A stretch of DNA of 64,000 nucleotides from Squalus acanthias (GCA_030390025.1 CM059447.1:31682001-31746000), one strand, 5' to 3'. Counted from the first letter of the stretch, positions 49,248 through 62,668 are shown. Numbers and translations: made by a program. The notes: a model not told the origin generated them from the letters alone.

Positions 49248-49690
49248 AGCCTTTCACAGCCTCAGGACGTCCCGGGGCGCTTCAGAGCCAATGAATTGCT
49301 TTTGAAATGTAATCACTGTTGTAATGTGGGAAAGGACAGCTGACAATTTGCACACAGCAAGGTCACACAAAGAGCAATGAGATAATTGGCCAGATAATCT
49401 GCTTGTTGGTGGCGTTGGTTGAGGGATAAATATTGACCAGGACACCGGGGAGAACGCCCCCTGCTCATCTTCGAATTGTGCCATGGGATCTTTTACGTCC
49501 ACTTGAGAGGGAAGACTGGGCCTCAGTTTAACGCTTCATCTGGAAGACGGCACCTCTGACAGTGCAGCACTCCCTCAGTACTGCACTGGAGTGTCAGCCT
49601 CGATTATGTGCTCAAATCTCTGGAGTCTCTTGAACACTCAACATTCTGATGCAGAGGCGAGGGTGCTACCACTGAGCCAAGGTTGACACC
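49248..49690 (-). mobile_element. DeuSINE (SacSINE1-like), full length
   Basis: tRNA head, Deu domain and tail, as in 29994-30450. Confidence 0.88.
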
Positions 49691-50295
49691 TAAAAGATTT
49701 TATGTATGATTTCATGAAAAGAGTGAACAAGGATTAATAGGTACACGTGCAAACAGCCCTTTTCATGCTAGAATAAAACCAGTATCGCTAGATTTGGCAG
49801 ACATCACACTATATAAACTGTCCTGACTTGCAAACAAATGTCAACCTTAAAACCATTATAATGGTGAGACTTGCAGCTCTGAACAATATATATGATACTT
49901 GATATTTTGGATCACATGGAAGGCTGTCTGACAACCCAAAACCTTTGAGCCTGAAGCATCTGCTGAGTCCGCAGGTTGTGTGGCTTTAACTTACTCCTTT
50001 TGACACCTGGCTGTGCCTCACCCTCATTGAATTTCTCGCGGGCTGGAAGGGTTTCACACTGTCATGAGCTTGAGAACAGCACAGTGTAAATGATATCTGG
50101 ACCAATTGGATGTCTCGCTCCCATCATGCCTTGAAGATTAGGGAATCATTTCAGATGTCACAATGAACAGGTGTGGAAAATCCAGCAGTTTAACTGTGTG
50201 TGCAGTGAATAAAACTGTGAGGAGACTGGCGGTGTTGGCGCACTAAACAACTCCACCGTAAGCAGGGCCACTGCACTGGTGTTGGAGTAACAGAG

Positions 50296-50762
50296 TGTTA
50301 GAGTAAAAATTATAGGACTTAAAGCAACAATGTAAAAGTTAAAGAATGTAAAAGTTAAAGCAACAATGTAAAAGTTAAAGAATGTAAAAGTTAAAGACAC
50401 AGTGCGATGAGTAATGTCTGTGGTCAACATGTATACGTGCGAGGAACCAATCATCGCATGACCAGACAGTCCGACTAGACAAAGCTGACACCACATTTCG
50501 ATGTTTATAGTTTCGGTAGGGAAGTAAAAAACTGTGTAAAGGGCAGATTATAATTAGGAGCTGTTGCTGGGGAAATGTGATTGGGTGAAGACATTTGTAT
50601 CTGACCCTATAATGTATAAAAGAAGTTTCGATACCACTGTAACGACGAGAAGTGAATTCACTAGACTGCGGGGTCTATGGCTCTTCTCCCAGTGCGCTCT
50701 GTTAAATAAACTGTGATCTTCTGCTTTGAGACAGACTCGAGTGAATTCATTTTTCACCAACA
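50296..50762 (+). mobile_element. Solo LTR, 467 bp (BEL/Pao- or Gypsy-like)
   Basis: TGTTAG...CCAACA ends, perfect 5-bp TSD CAGAG, TATAAA 50615, AATAAA 50705, 36-bp tandem duplication in U3. Confidence 0.88.
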
Positions 50763-52255
50763 CAGAGCCCCAATTCTGAGATGGCCTTGGTCTTCTTTTC
50801 ACCGGGAAAATCACGGTTTTCAAGTGGTCCAGCGGCGGTGCAGCAGGGTAAACGGGGTGGGGAGGCCTACTGTCGAAACCCGTCCCCAAATCAGGCCGCT
50901 GTTATTTCCCTAACTATCCCGTCCCCAAAGCAAGGGACCGGCCGCCCACCTTTAGATCGCCCCATCACGTTTAATTGATGACGAGGGGGTGGAGCTCCGC
51001 TACTACCAATCCAAAGATAGACCAGTCGCGAGGCCATGATACACCGACAGTAATGGCGGAAAGTCATTTCAAGTCTTTCAGATAAGACATGTGCCTGTTC
51101 TTCGGATATAAAAGATGCGATGACACCATTCTAAAAAGAAAATGGAGTTTTGTTAGCCAAAAATCCTCCCTCAGCTCATTTTATTTTTTGTGGGGTGTGG
51201 TTCTGTGCAGATTGGCTACAGGGTTTGGCTACATAACAACAGTGGCTATGCTTCAAAAGTAATTCATTGGTTGTGAAGCACTTCAGGACATCATGAGGAT
51301 GTGATGAGGTACTCGATAAAAGCAAGTTATTTTCTTTAAAAAGTCAACAAATTGTAAATGAACTTCAAATTTTGAATAATCAGGCACATAGCTATAGTTA
51401 CATTTTTTTCATTAATTTAAGGTAATTCTGTAGCGCAATTCAAATTTCAGGGTCAAAACCAAAAGCTGTCTATAATCCAGTGAACATGAAACAGCAACCC
51501 CAAACTACCCCTTCTTTGGTTAGCGATGCTGTTAGCTTTAAAGGACACATTGGTGGTTAGCTGGTTTGGTGGCGCCATGCACCAACCCTGAAAGTGTGCC
51601 AGCAAGTTAAAAGTCACTCGTGCGCAATGTCAGCTTGCACCCTGATGAGCATAAAGAAAAATAATAAGCCGAAATATAGTGAAAGTATTAGCGCTTTGCA
51701 AAAGAAATGTCTCTCCAGGTTTCGGAGTTAAGCTGACTTTGCCTATCAGGCACTTTAAGTCGGTCATGAATTTATTAATTATGTACTACTGGAAAGGGCG
51801 CTAAGATACAAAACGGGCCATTAATGTGTTTGCGCAGTCCTGCATTCAGAATTGTACTGTTAAAGTAATTCACTGGGCATTGTCTGTCTCGATAAATCTT
51901 TGTGCTCACCAGTAACAAGCTGGTGACGCTATACCATGTGCTGATTATTCTAAAATTATTTCTGAGTGTTGCTTTAATTTCTTTTTAATCACTGGTAGTT
52001 CTTTTAAGTTGCATCCCACTTATGATTATTCCATTCACAGAAGTCTCACAGGTGTAACATTTCATTGTTTAAAGCAAGTAGAAGTGAACAGTACAGAGAA
52101 GGATGTGGAGTGTATTTCGTGCCTAAATATAGGTTTGTGTTGCTGAAAGAACAAACAGTTTTAGTTACATAATTATCTTGTACATCTTTCCCCAGTTTCC
52201 TCCTTTCCTCCCCTGATGGCGTTGGCTCTTGCTGGGATATGGTTCCCTTGTCTTT

Positions 52256-53045
52256 GGCCTGGAATTTACAATCGGGATGTCGGCAAACCGGCAGCGTTCG
52301 CCGTCATTCCGCCTTTGAAACTGTCCGCAACTTCGGGATTTGGCGCAGGTGGAAATCCAGAAATTGCGTTCTGTCATTGACAGCTCCGAAACAGGCTGCG
52401 CTGTGCCTACCCCCTCTCCCCTCGCCCCCACCAACAGAGCCGGCAATCTGTGCAATCACAAAAATCAGGGAAACTGATGAAAGCTTCGGCTCTTCTGCAG
52501 TAATTATGCTGTTAAATTCCCCACTAAAAGTTAGACCCAAAGGGATTAGGTGCAACTGAAGTTTTAGCAACGTTATTACTGCTAAACAAATATTAAGGGC
52601 CTGGAAAACTAATTTTAATTTTGTGCAGTGTGAAATTTGTCTATTTTAAGAAAAACTTTAATTTTTAAGAAACTTTTCAATTTTTTTTTTAAAAAATTTA
52701 TGAAAAAGTTTGTCCATCTTTATTTCAGATTTGCCTTTTCCCCATGTGAGAACCCCATCTTTGTTTTGCTCTCTCTAACAATTTTTAAAAAGTTAGAATT
52801 TTAAGAGCTTACTCACTTCCTTATTTGCTGTCTGTGAGAATTCTGCCTTTTGATTGGCTGCTTAGACAGCCTGCTGACATCACACCAGTTCGCACAAGGG
52901 AATCCCCATTAACTTCCGTTGATTTGAATGGAAGGTCGGAAAACCTGAAGTTCTCGACACAGGGATCGCGAGATCCTTTTGCGGAGCGTATTTCGGGGCC
53001 AGCGGCGGAAGCTTTCGCTTTGCTGCTAACCACAAGTTCCAGGTC
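52256..53045. mobile_element. Harbinger-type MITE (family C, copy 2)
   Basis: TIR GGCCTGGAATTT / rc GACCTGGAACTT; collinear with 23785-24926. Confidence 0.85.
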
Positions 53046-53279
53046 ATTGTCCTTAGCCGCGAGCTCATTTGGGGAAGGGATGGGTTTCACCTTTTAATTC
53101 TTAATGAACTTTTTTTTTCTGCTAGTGGTAGAGCAATCATTAGGAAATCGCAGAATCAATGTGCACTGTATTTTAAAAGGAAAATGCCGATGTTTATTAA
53201 AATCTAAAATGCTGAGATATTAGTGAAGAGGAACTTTACAACCTGGAAAGGAAGACTTGTATCATTAAAGGAATAAAAC

Positions 53280-53712
53280 AGCTTCAGAAACTGGTGGGAC
53301 TAGTCGCTATATTTATTAATGACTTAGATAACACAATAGAGAGCCATATATCCAAGTTTGCCGATGACACAAAGATTGGTAGCATAATAAGTAGTGTAGA
53401 TTGGTGCATAACATTACAAAGAGACATTGATAGATTAAGTGAGTGAGTGAAACTGTGGCAGATGGATTTCAATGCAGGTGAGTGTGAGGTCATCCATTTT
53501 GGACCAAAAATGGATAGATCCGAGTATTTTTGTAAAGCGGGAAAAGCTAGAAACAGTGGAGGTCCAAAGAGATTTAGGGGTCCATGTATACAGATCACTA
53601 AAATGTAGTAGTCAGGTACAAAAAATAATCTGACAGTCGAATGGAATGTTAACCTTTATAACTAGAAGTGCTAGAATATAAAGGGGAGCAGGTTTTGCTG
53701 CAGCTATACATA
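53280..53712 (+). mobile_element. CR1 RT fragment
   Basis: IFINDLD..ISKFADDTKIG..LQRDIDRL motif in DNA. Confidence 0.85.
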
Positions 53713-53715
53713 AAG

Positions 53716-54186
53716 ACCTTGCATTTATATAGCGCCTTTTCTGACTTCAGGATGTCCCAAAGCATTTCACGGCCAATTAAGGACTTTTGAAGTGCAGTCA
53801 CTTTTCTAATGGGGAGAAACACAGCAGCCAATTTGAGCACAGCAAGATCCCACAAAACAACAATGAGAATAAATGATCACATAATCTGTTTTGGTAATGT
53901 TGGTTGAAAGATAAAAGTTGGCCAAGACATCAGGAGAACTCTCCTGCTCTTCAACAACAACAACAACAGCAACTTGCATTTATATAGCGCCTTTCACATA
54001 GTAAAAAGTCTCGAGGCGCTGAAATTTGAATAGTGCCATGGGATTTCTTTACATCCACCTGAGAGGGCGGATGGGGCCTTAGTTTAACGTTGCAACCAAA
54101 AGATAGCACCTCTGACAATCCAATACCTCCTCAGTACTGCACTAAAATGTCAACATAGATGTGTCCTCAAGTCTCTGGAATGGTTC

Positions 54187-54217
<31 letters not shown>

Positions 54218-54246
54218 AAGTGGTACCACTGAGCCAAGGCTGACAT
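53716..54246 (-). mobile_element. DeuSINE with a nested L2-type tail ((CAA)n, 53952-54020)
   Basis: SINE head, body and tail plus an internal CAACAACAAC..TTGCATTTATATAGCGCC segment. Confidence 0.85.
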
Positions 54247-55845
54247 CAAAGAGAGCACAGTACCAAAGGACCTATAAGCTGTACTGTTCTGACATGACAC
54301 TGAAGTATGTGAAGAAACAGTTTCCAAGGATACCGTGCAACCTGCCTGTGCCCAGATTGATGGATACATTTGGGGGTTGCCCAATTCCTGTCTGTAGCTG
54401 GGATTGAGCTGTTGCTTGCCTCTTTCAGTACTCCAGGGAAGAAGTTCAACCTTGAATTAAATTTGCCTGGTTAAACTGGATTAGGTATTATAATGGGGCT
54501 GTTTCCCAAGCAGATCACTGCCTAATGCCATATGACCAAAATGCAAAGTGCCAGAACACAGAGAGTATCAGTGGTGAGTACTGATCGTCCTATGGACAGG
54601 AGACGTGCAAGGTGTTACTGGTTCACATGTAGCAGGTAGGGCAACAATGGTAGAATCTGTACTGCTGCCTGAGCAATAGCATCTCTTTAATTTGGAAGAA
54701 CACAATTCCTTTTAGACCTGGGACTTCTTTTGCTGGGAGACTGAGCTTTCTGGGTAAATTGTTATTTTCTATATTTTCATGGAACCATTCCATTCAAATT
54801 CTGGCAATTGCACAACCAGATTACAGAAATGTTTGTCAATTACAACAGTGAAGTGGTAATGAGATACTTCAGGAGTGTGGGTCCAGAATGATCAGTTTTC
54901 TTTCATTCCTGTTGACTTGTATTGAGTGAACAGCATCCACAGCAAGATCACACACCCATCGTTTTGATCCGGGTCTGTTAAAACCGATGACACAGCGTGA
55001 GTAACACTACATTCACAAAGGGAAGAAGGTGTACCTCCTGCTTCTTCCAAGAAAATGCGAGTCACTAAACTGTAATTCTTAAATAGGCGAGCAGACAGGA
55101 TGAAGAAAGCTGAGTTCAAGTTAGACACTAACACAGTCCAGCTCTCTTGCAGAGACTAGTAGCTGTGCCTTCTATGTGCGTAGGCACATCTGTACCTGGT
55201 ACAGTCATCAATACCAAGCCCCTTATTTTCAAATCAACACATTTTAACTAAAATCACAGCATGAAAATATTCAATTATAAAATTAACAAGTTTATTTGTC
55301 CAAATCATCAATCATTTGAATCTTGGAAAGTCAATACTTTCCGAGAGGGTTCAGTACGATTGCTGATTATGCAATGCATTTTAATTCTTTCTCTCCTGAG
55401 TGCTTTACTTCATGGCTATAAAAGCAAGATTACTGTAGGTGTTTAAATTTGCTATTCTGCAGTCAGGTTTCCCAAGATTTGTGGTTGTGATATTCACTTC
55501 AATTATATGACTGGAGGTCCTTCAAGATTTATATCACCCAGCAGGCCCTCGCTGTAATAAGTTATTTTGTGAATGTGTGTACGGAATAAGATCATTTTAG
55601 GGCAGTATAATTAACTAGAAACTAAATTACAGTGTCAGCTTTCTCAGTAACGGTGTGCATTTTCAGCCGACATAGCACAAAGCCAACACATTATTGCTGT
55701 GCTTTGGATTATTTTAAAGGTATTTTTCAGAATGCAGAGAAGGTATTTCAAATATTAAAGAACAGTAATTAACAAGTCGCCTTGCAATGGAAATCAGCAT
55801 TCACCTCGTCTCGAGCTCCACTATAATTTGTTGATCAATTATTGA

Positions 55846-56020
55846 GCATAGGAACAGGAGGAGGCCATTCAGCCACTGGGGCCTGTTCCACCATTCAGTT
55901 AGATCATGGTTGATCTGCGCTCCAATTCTATTTTCCAATCTTTGCTCCATATCCCTTGATACCGTTACCTAACAAGAATCTATCGAGCTCAGTCTTGAAA
56001 GCTCCAATTGTCCCGGCATT
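55846..56020 (-). mobile_element. CR1 3' tail
   Basis: CATAGGAACAGGAGGAGGCCATTCAGCC; FKTELDRFL. Confidence 0.8.
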
Positions 56021-56412
56021 AAGAGAGGTTTCTGCTTTTAAATAAACAATCAAAGGTCCTGCATCCAGTTCAGTGAAGCAGTGATTAGTGGCTCCAATTT
56101 GATAGACACTGAAAACAGTGTTACTTGTATTCATGCTTATCAGTCCTTATTGTAACACATTTTACCCAAATTTTAGCTAGACTATTAGGAGGGATGAGTA
56201 CTTCGTCCTTGCGAGAAAAAGAACCCAACGGTACATGCTTGTGGGAAGAATGAAGTATATGAATTGCTCTTGCTTCTTTTATACAAGCCTGGGTTGTTGT
56301 CTATCCTTTGACTGAAACTAGTATTTTCAGACGGGTTAATGATAAATTTCAGTCCATGGTAATGCCCTGTTAATTCAGGGAACAGAATCAAGGTCAGGAT
56401 CAGCTTAATTCA

Positions 56413-56663
56413 GTGTGCCAGCTTGGATCAGTTGGTAGCAGGCCAGAAGGTTGCAGGTTCAACCCCTAGATAGGAGCTTCAGCTAATAATCTAGGCCAAC
56501 TCTCCAGTGCAGTAATGAGGGGTTGTAATCTTGTCGGAAGTGACACCTTTCAAATAAGATGTTAAACTGGAGCTCCCATCTGCTCGTTGAGGTGAATGTC
56601 AGAGACCCCCCATGTCAGGGAGTTCTGACATCCTGCTCAACATTCCTTCCTCAGCTTATACAG
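56413..56663 (+). mobile_element. Degenerate DeuSINE 5' part, host of the Harbinger; tail resumes at about 61597-61700
   Basis: tRNA-like head CTTGGATCAGTTGGTAGCA...GGTTCAACCC; Deu-domain remnant. Confidence 0.6.
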
Positions 56664-57019
56664 TTTGGGGAAAAAATTCGGGAGCGACCATTTTGGAGCG
56701 CTAACATCGCCTGGGCGTTAACTTTAGCGCCCGGCGCTAATTAGCGTTGGTGAACGCAAAATTGAGTTTTAGCGCCCCAAGAGGGAGGTGGAGCGCTAAA
56801 TCAAGCACTACACACTTCTCTTAGGGCGCTAACGTCGCAGAGTGGGGCGCTACCGCAGAGCGCTAATCAACTTCCGGCGCTGTCAATTAGAGAGTCCTCA
56901 GACAGACTGGCGCCGTCCAGTTCTTAAAGGGGAGGTTCAATCATGCTGTACAGCCTCACTCTGATCATTGCTGCTTGTGAACTAGGCCTGCAAGGAGCTG
57001 CAAGCCTTCATTCAAGCAA

Positions 57020-59650
57020 ATGATGGCTGATCAGAGGCCCAGGGAGAGAGCTCGCCAGTTCAGTGACCACACTTTGGAGGCTCTGGTCGCGGCCGTGGAA
57101 CGCCGACGGGCAGTGCTCTCCCCGGACACTGGCAGGAGGCCATTGCCGCAGGAGTTCAGAAGGATGTGGAAGGAGGTGGCCCAGCATGTATCGGCCAGAA
57201 GTGTGGTCCCCAGAACTCCCACCCAGTGCCACAAGAAATTCAACGACCTCACTCGGGTGGTCAGGGTGAGTAGATGCATGAAATACCTCTACATCCCACC
57301 ATCTCAACCTCACTCTGTGCACAGACGGTATAAACCGCCAAATCCCCAACACTCACCCACCAACTATGCCCACCTACTAAAAGTGACATCCACATCTCAC
57401 GCCTTGCGTACTTTAACAGCTATTCAACTATGGTAGGCACATATGCCAAACACATGGCTGCCCACTCACTCACACGCTGTCCTTCTTGCAGGCCAAGCTG
57501 GCTCACAACAGGAGGGATCAGGTACGAATGGGAGGAGGTGAGGCGGAGCTGCACCCCCTTACAGACCTGGAGGAGCGAGTGGTCCACATCATTGCCGCCC
57601 ATGTCGTAGGTGCTGTGGCCGTCGGAGATGTCGACCCCCTTGGAGACAACAACGGTATGATCATCACCTCTCCCTCTTCTCTCATACCACTTCCCCCTCA
57701 CACCACAAGTCTTTCCCACTTTCCATCTAAGTATACTGTCTCCATTCCTTGCTCCCTTCCTGCCCCCCTCCCCTGACCTTAACCCCACTCTTGTGCTTTC
57801 AGATAATCAGCCACCACATGACCAGCCTGTCCCTCAGCCTCCCAGTGGCAGCGACGCGGGAGAGGAGGAGGAAGAACAAGCTGGAACCTCACTGCCTGTT
57901 TCTCTCGAAGGCGCTAGGTCCGATAATGGGGCGACGCGGTTGCTGGAGGGGAGCCTAGTACATGGGTCTGATGTGGGTGAAGCTCTGGGACCCAGCAGGC
58001 TGCAGCAACGCCACAGGGAAAGGGAAGCTCAGGGGCCATCTCCCCACTGTAAGATTCTAAAAACCATAATAAAACCGCTGCCACCGTGTGGAGATCGAAG
58101 TTCAGAACGAATTGTGAAATGGTTACGGACAGATTCAAAATGTAGGAAGTCAGCATGTGTTCTTTGTTTGTGAAGACACAAAATGGTTGAAGTCAGCAGG
58201 TGGTCCTTTACCTGGTGGTCAGCGTGGTCCTCTGTTTGAAAGGCCACATGGACAGGAAGGAGAAGCATGAGTGACAAGGAAGTCCCGCCCCCACACACCT
58301 CACAGGAACATGAAGGTGTCATGCGGAAGGAACTCCAATCAGGGAAGGTTTGGAGTGAAACTGACCTATCAGAGGGAGGCAGACAGTGATATACGAGTGG
58401 AGCTGGCAAAAAGGCCCTATAACAGAAGTGACCCAGAGGCGGGGAATTCAGAACACAGAAGAACAAAGAAAGAAGAACAGAAGAACAGACAAACAAAGAA
58501 AGCTGGCCAGTCGATGTTTCGACTTACGACACCCAGAGATAAAGGAGTATGTATAAAAGTCAGACATAGAACTTAGATATTGTTAAAGGGTACTTTTAGG
58601 TACTGTTGACTTGGGACATAAATTGCCCGGAGGTAGTGTGTAAGTTGCTGGGAAGTACTTTTATGTACGGGTAAATTGGGAGCATATTGATTGCAATTGT
58701 ACACTTGAATTTTGAACTGTAGTGTGAATAAAGACCAATGTTATTGATCACATACTTGTCTGTCATTGTTATGCTTATTCGTAATTCTCGAAGTCCGAAC
58801 AGTAGTAAGAGAAAGGCTTACACTGGAGGGTGAGTTCGCCCACGAGTTCTGCTGCACAGGACTCAGATGAGGACCTTGATGTGGAGGTGATGACCAGATG
58901 GACGATGGGCATGTACACTGAGCTCATGGGTGCAATGGCAAGGGTGCCCGAGAGCATGGGTGCACTGGCTAGGAGTGTGGAGGAGTCCGCCTCCAACATT
59001 GCACTCATCTCTTCGCACACCATCGAGCCCATCCTTGGCAGTTTGCAAAGGATGGTCAACTCGCAGAGAGACCGTGGACACCCTAACCTCATGCTGCGTG
59101 TCATGGGTGAGGTGGCAGCAGCTATTGCAGCACAGGTCGAAGCAACGCAATAGCTTAGTGCTATAATGGAGTCAGTGGTTGCTGGCATCCAATCTCAGAC
59201 TGCTCTCATGCAGTCTCAGATTGATGCCACGTAAGCGCAGACTGCTGCCATCCTCGTTGGGTCGCCCACAGTCCACCGGGGATCTGATGGTGCCGCAGCA
59301 GGCCAGCAATCTGTGCTCGAGCAGATTGCTCCGAATGCTGAGGTTCTGCCCTGGTGGAGTGGCGGTGTGTCGGACGAGCAGGAAGGTGCTGTCCTCTCTC
59401 AGGATGACAGCATTCCTGCTCCCACCACTGCCACTTCGCCATTGCACTTGTCGCAGCCTGTAACCCAGCCAGCCCAGACTACTGCCGCCCATGCTGAGGT
59501 GGTACAGTCTGCAGGCAGGCCTTCCAGGCCCAGAGCTGGTTGAGGTCATCCTGCAAGGCCATCTGCAGTCTCTGGCTCCCAGACTCAGCAGCCTTCCACC
59601 AGCCTTGCTGCAGCCACTGGGCCTCATTACAGAGGAGCAGTAGGGCTGGG
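57020..59650 (+). pseudogene. Harbinger Myb/SANT gene, exons 57020-57265, 57492-57654, 57803 to about 59650; exon 3 disrupted by the LTR and stops
   Basis: RARQFSDHTLEALVAAVE...WKEVAQHV...QCHKKFNDLTR; canonical splice sites; homologous to 38714-40556. The 3' end is approximate. Confidence 0.88.
58048..58822 (+). mobile_element. Solo LTR, 775 bp
   Basis: TGTAAG...CTTACA inverted ends; TATAAAA 58552; AATAAA 58727; absent from the paralogous exon at about 39720; TSD degenerate. Confidence 0.8.
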
Positions 59651-59941
59651 AGGGGGGAAACGCCAAAGGGGAGGGTAATCATTGAAGAAGGGGGAGTAAA
59701 GAATACTTTATTAGCAAATGGGGATAGAGTGTGTTAATAAATTAATGTGTTTGTAAATATATTGTTGTGTTTCTTTATGAATAATTGTGTTTCATAAGCG
59801 AGAGTTGTGTTCGATATTAAATTGTTAATTTGACGTTGCACATTTTGTGATGTTTCTCATTTGAGCTTTGCCCGGCGATAGGGGCTGTGAGCTAGATGTA
59901 ATGATGTGGTTGTGCTGCGCAAATGCCATGTGCTCTATCAG

Positions 59942-61119
59942 TTATTGGAAGCGCTGTGTAATGAGGTGCTCATGAACGGCCCTTGCAGAAGCAAGATTGA
60001 GTGGTTCCCTCCTCCGTTGCTGCTGCTATTCCTCCTCTTCATCCTCCTCCTCCACCTCCTCCTCCTCCTGTCCCTCTTCCTCCTCCTGAGGTGGACCTGC
60101 AATCCCTGGTGGCAATGGCTGGGCCCTCAGAATGGCCAGGTTGTGCAGCATGCAGCACACAACAATGAAAAGGGAGACTCGATCAGGGGAGTACTGCAGG
60201 GCTCCTCCAGAGCGGTCAACGCAGCAGAACCATTGCTTTAGCACCCCGATGATCTGTTCGATCAGGTTCCTGGTGGTGCTATGGCTATCATTGTATGCGT
60301 GCTGAGCAGGAGTGTTGGGGTTGCGGAGGGGTGTCATCAGCCAGGTCGCGAGTAGATAACCCTTGTCTCCGAGCAGCCAGCCACGAGCTTCATGTTGTGA
60401 GTGGAACAGTCCTGGGACACCAGTCTGTTGTAGGATGAATGTATCGCGGCTGCTGCCAGGATAGCGGGCATTGACGGCAAGGATGCGCTGTATGTGGTCG
60501 CACACCAACTGCACGTTCAGAGAGTGGTAGCCTTTGCGATTACGGAACCCCTCTGCATTGTGATGAGGTGCCCGCAATGCCACGTGGGTGCAGTCAATGG
60601 CGCCCTGAACCATGGGCAAGCCCGCTATCCTTGCAAAGCCACATGAGCGTTCATGCTGTTTGTCTCTGGTCATGGGGAATGAGATGTACTCCCTTCTCCT
60701 TCTGTAGAGAGCGTCTGTCAATTCCTGGATGCAGCAATGGATGGCGAACTGCAAAATGTTTGCAATATCCCCTGTTGAAGCCTGGAAGGAGCCACTGCAT
60801 AGAAATTGAGAGCGACTGTGACCTTAACTGCCACTGAAAGAGACGTCCTGGTCCTGAGCTGAGGCTGGAGGTCTGGCTGCAGGAGGGGGCAAATCTCTGT
60901 GACCACGTCCTTGCTGAAGCGGAGCCTTCTAAGCCACTGCTCCTCAGTGAGATTGATGTAGAAGAAATGCTGCCGGAATACCCTGGGAGGGTAAGGCCTC
61001 CTGTTGAGAGCCCTGTTGGCCCTCCTCCCTCTGGCCACATTTTGTAATCTTCCTCTCTGCCCCCGCTGCCTCCGACGGTGAGGCTGGAGGGCGAGGTCCT
61101 GTGCCAGTACAGCCCCCAT
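59942..61119 (-). pseudogene. Harbinger DDE transposase pseudogene
   Basis: RRPYPPRVFR, VAVKVTVALNFYA, AIDCTH, LLGDKGY, LIEQIIG, CCMLHN; frameshift near 60795 and premature stop at 60026. Confidence 0.92.
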
Positions 61120-61759
61120 TAAATGATGGAAATGTTGCTCTATCAAATGAAACCCAAATGAAAGGGATACATTTTTCTCAGCCAGGAAGTTGAAAAGGGT
61201 CAAATGGGTCAAAACGCCTGCCTGTGTGTGTCAAACTGACAAGGCAGCATTGTTAACCAACAAAAAAAAACCCAGAAGTTGACCCCTTTAAATAGCGCTC
61301 CTCCAGCGCTCATCCGACTGCAAACTGCCTCCCTGTACCTGTTGTTGGTAACGGCAGGCACTCAGGCAGAGGGCGAGAGTGAATTTCTGAGCCAGGGTGC
61401 TGTGCACCCGGATAACGTCATGATCTCCGGGCGCAGGAGGTCGCGGCGCTAGTGGTTACCGCCACCGCAAACCTCCAGCTCAATCTCGCGGCCGTCAGTA
61501 CTATCGCCGCGCCCGGTTGCAAAGCCGGTAGCGCCCTGTTGGTGCCCCCCGGAGACGCTAACAGGAGGTGCAAAGGCACCCAATAACTCCCCCTTTAACT
61601 ACTAATGGAGAGTTGCCAACATAATGATCCCTGCACATCAAAATGTATTGCATGGTGTGAAGTGCTTTTAGATGTTTCAATGCGATCTGATGTGATATTA
61701 AACCACGTATTACATTATATATTCTATTAACTTCAATTTTGCTTTATTTTGCTTCAGAT

Positions 61760-62668
61760 ACATCGGTTCTGTAGGATTTTCTTTTATTAGTTTGCCAGAA
61801 GATTTTCCTTCTTTTTACTGTTTGCTCTCGTTTTGCTGAAAGCAGCATTAAAATAATACTATTATGTATACTTCCTCTGAAGACCAAACAACCGAGGCAC
61901 TTCATTCCCAACCCAAATATTGCAAAGAGTACCAAGCGCATGTACACGACAACTCATTACCTTCAGTGGACGGACGTTTGTTAGTAAAGAAAAAGAAAGA
62001 CTTGCATAGACAATCTCAAAAGATGTCCTGAGGGATACTGAAATGGAGGAATAATACAAGGTGCAGTCGTACACTGTCTTTCAAGACCCAGCTTGGAGCA
62101 CGACACAGGAAATGGAAGCGATCGAACTACTGATGACGGTCAGTCAGACGGTGTCGCCGACTCCTCCACATGATGCTTGGCAACGCCTCAGGAATTGGAT
62201 TCACGAAAAGCAACAACCGAAACAAGGAAAGATCAACGAGTTACTTCAACGAAGGAGGAAGACACCGCGGATGAAGAAGGAATCAACTGAGCGCCTGGCA
62301 AGGCCTTTATGAAAACAAAAATCTGTCCACACGCCGGATTGAAGGAACAGCGTGTCAAGCTTCAGCTAGTTCCAAATGACGTCTCCTTGACTCGTATGAA
62401 TAACTCACCTCTACGGAACGTACATCTGCCAATTGGACATTCTAAGTACATATTGTTTCGCTACTTGCATGACTATGTACCTATCATCCTTTTAAATTGT
62501 GTTCAATTTAAAATAAGGCAAAACATTGTCCTAGGATGACTTTAAAGGAATTTTCATGTAGCACCTGATTGTGAATCTCGTGAAATTAATGTGCTATTGT
62601 AACCTTATTAATAACATTGACCAAACTCTGTCTAGATGCTCCAGTTCATTTTTTGGTCAAGAGGGGTG
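61760..62668 (+). mobile_element. Probable internal 3' remnant of an LTR retroelement/ERV, ending in a polypurine tract
   Basis: Coding-like, CpG-containing sequence with short + ORFs directly upstream of TTTTTT-GGTC-AAGAGGGG-TG and the LTR. The 5' boundary is uncertain. Confidence 0.55.

Larger units (their letters stand above)
56667..61593 (-). mobile_element. Full-length PIF/Harbinger transposon (family B), decayed, with a nested solo LTR
   Basis: TSD TTT; TIR GGGGAAAAAATTCGG / rc GGGGGAGTTATTGGG; convergent Myb (+) and transposase (-) genes; subterminal GCGCTA arrays. Confidence 0.92.

Noticed and set aside
56185-56391. 68-aa minus-strand ORF in unique DNA
   Set aside because: No convincing donor site and no recognisable homology.
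62541-62668. Alternative LTR start at TTTAAAGGAAT with a TGAC/TCAC pseudo-TSD
   Set aside because: Alignment to the 41411-42865 LTR places the true start at 62669, directly after the PPT, so this is a 3' LTR and not a solo LTR.
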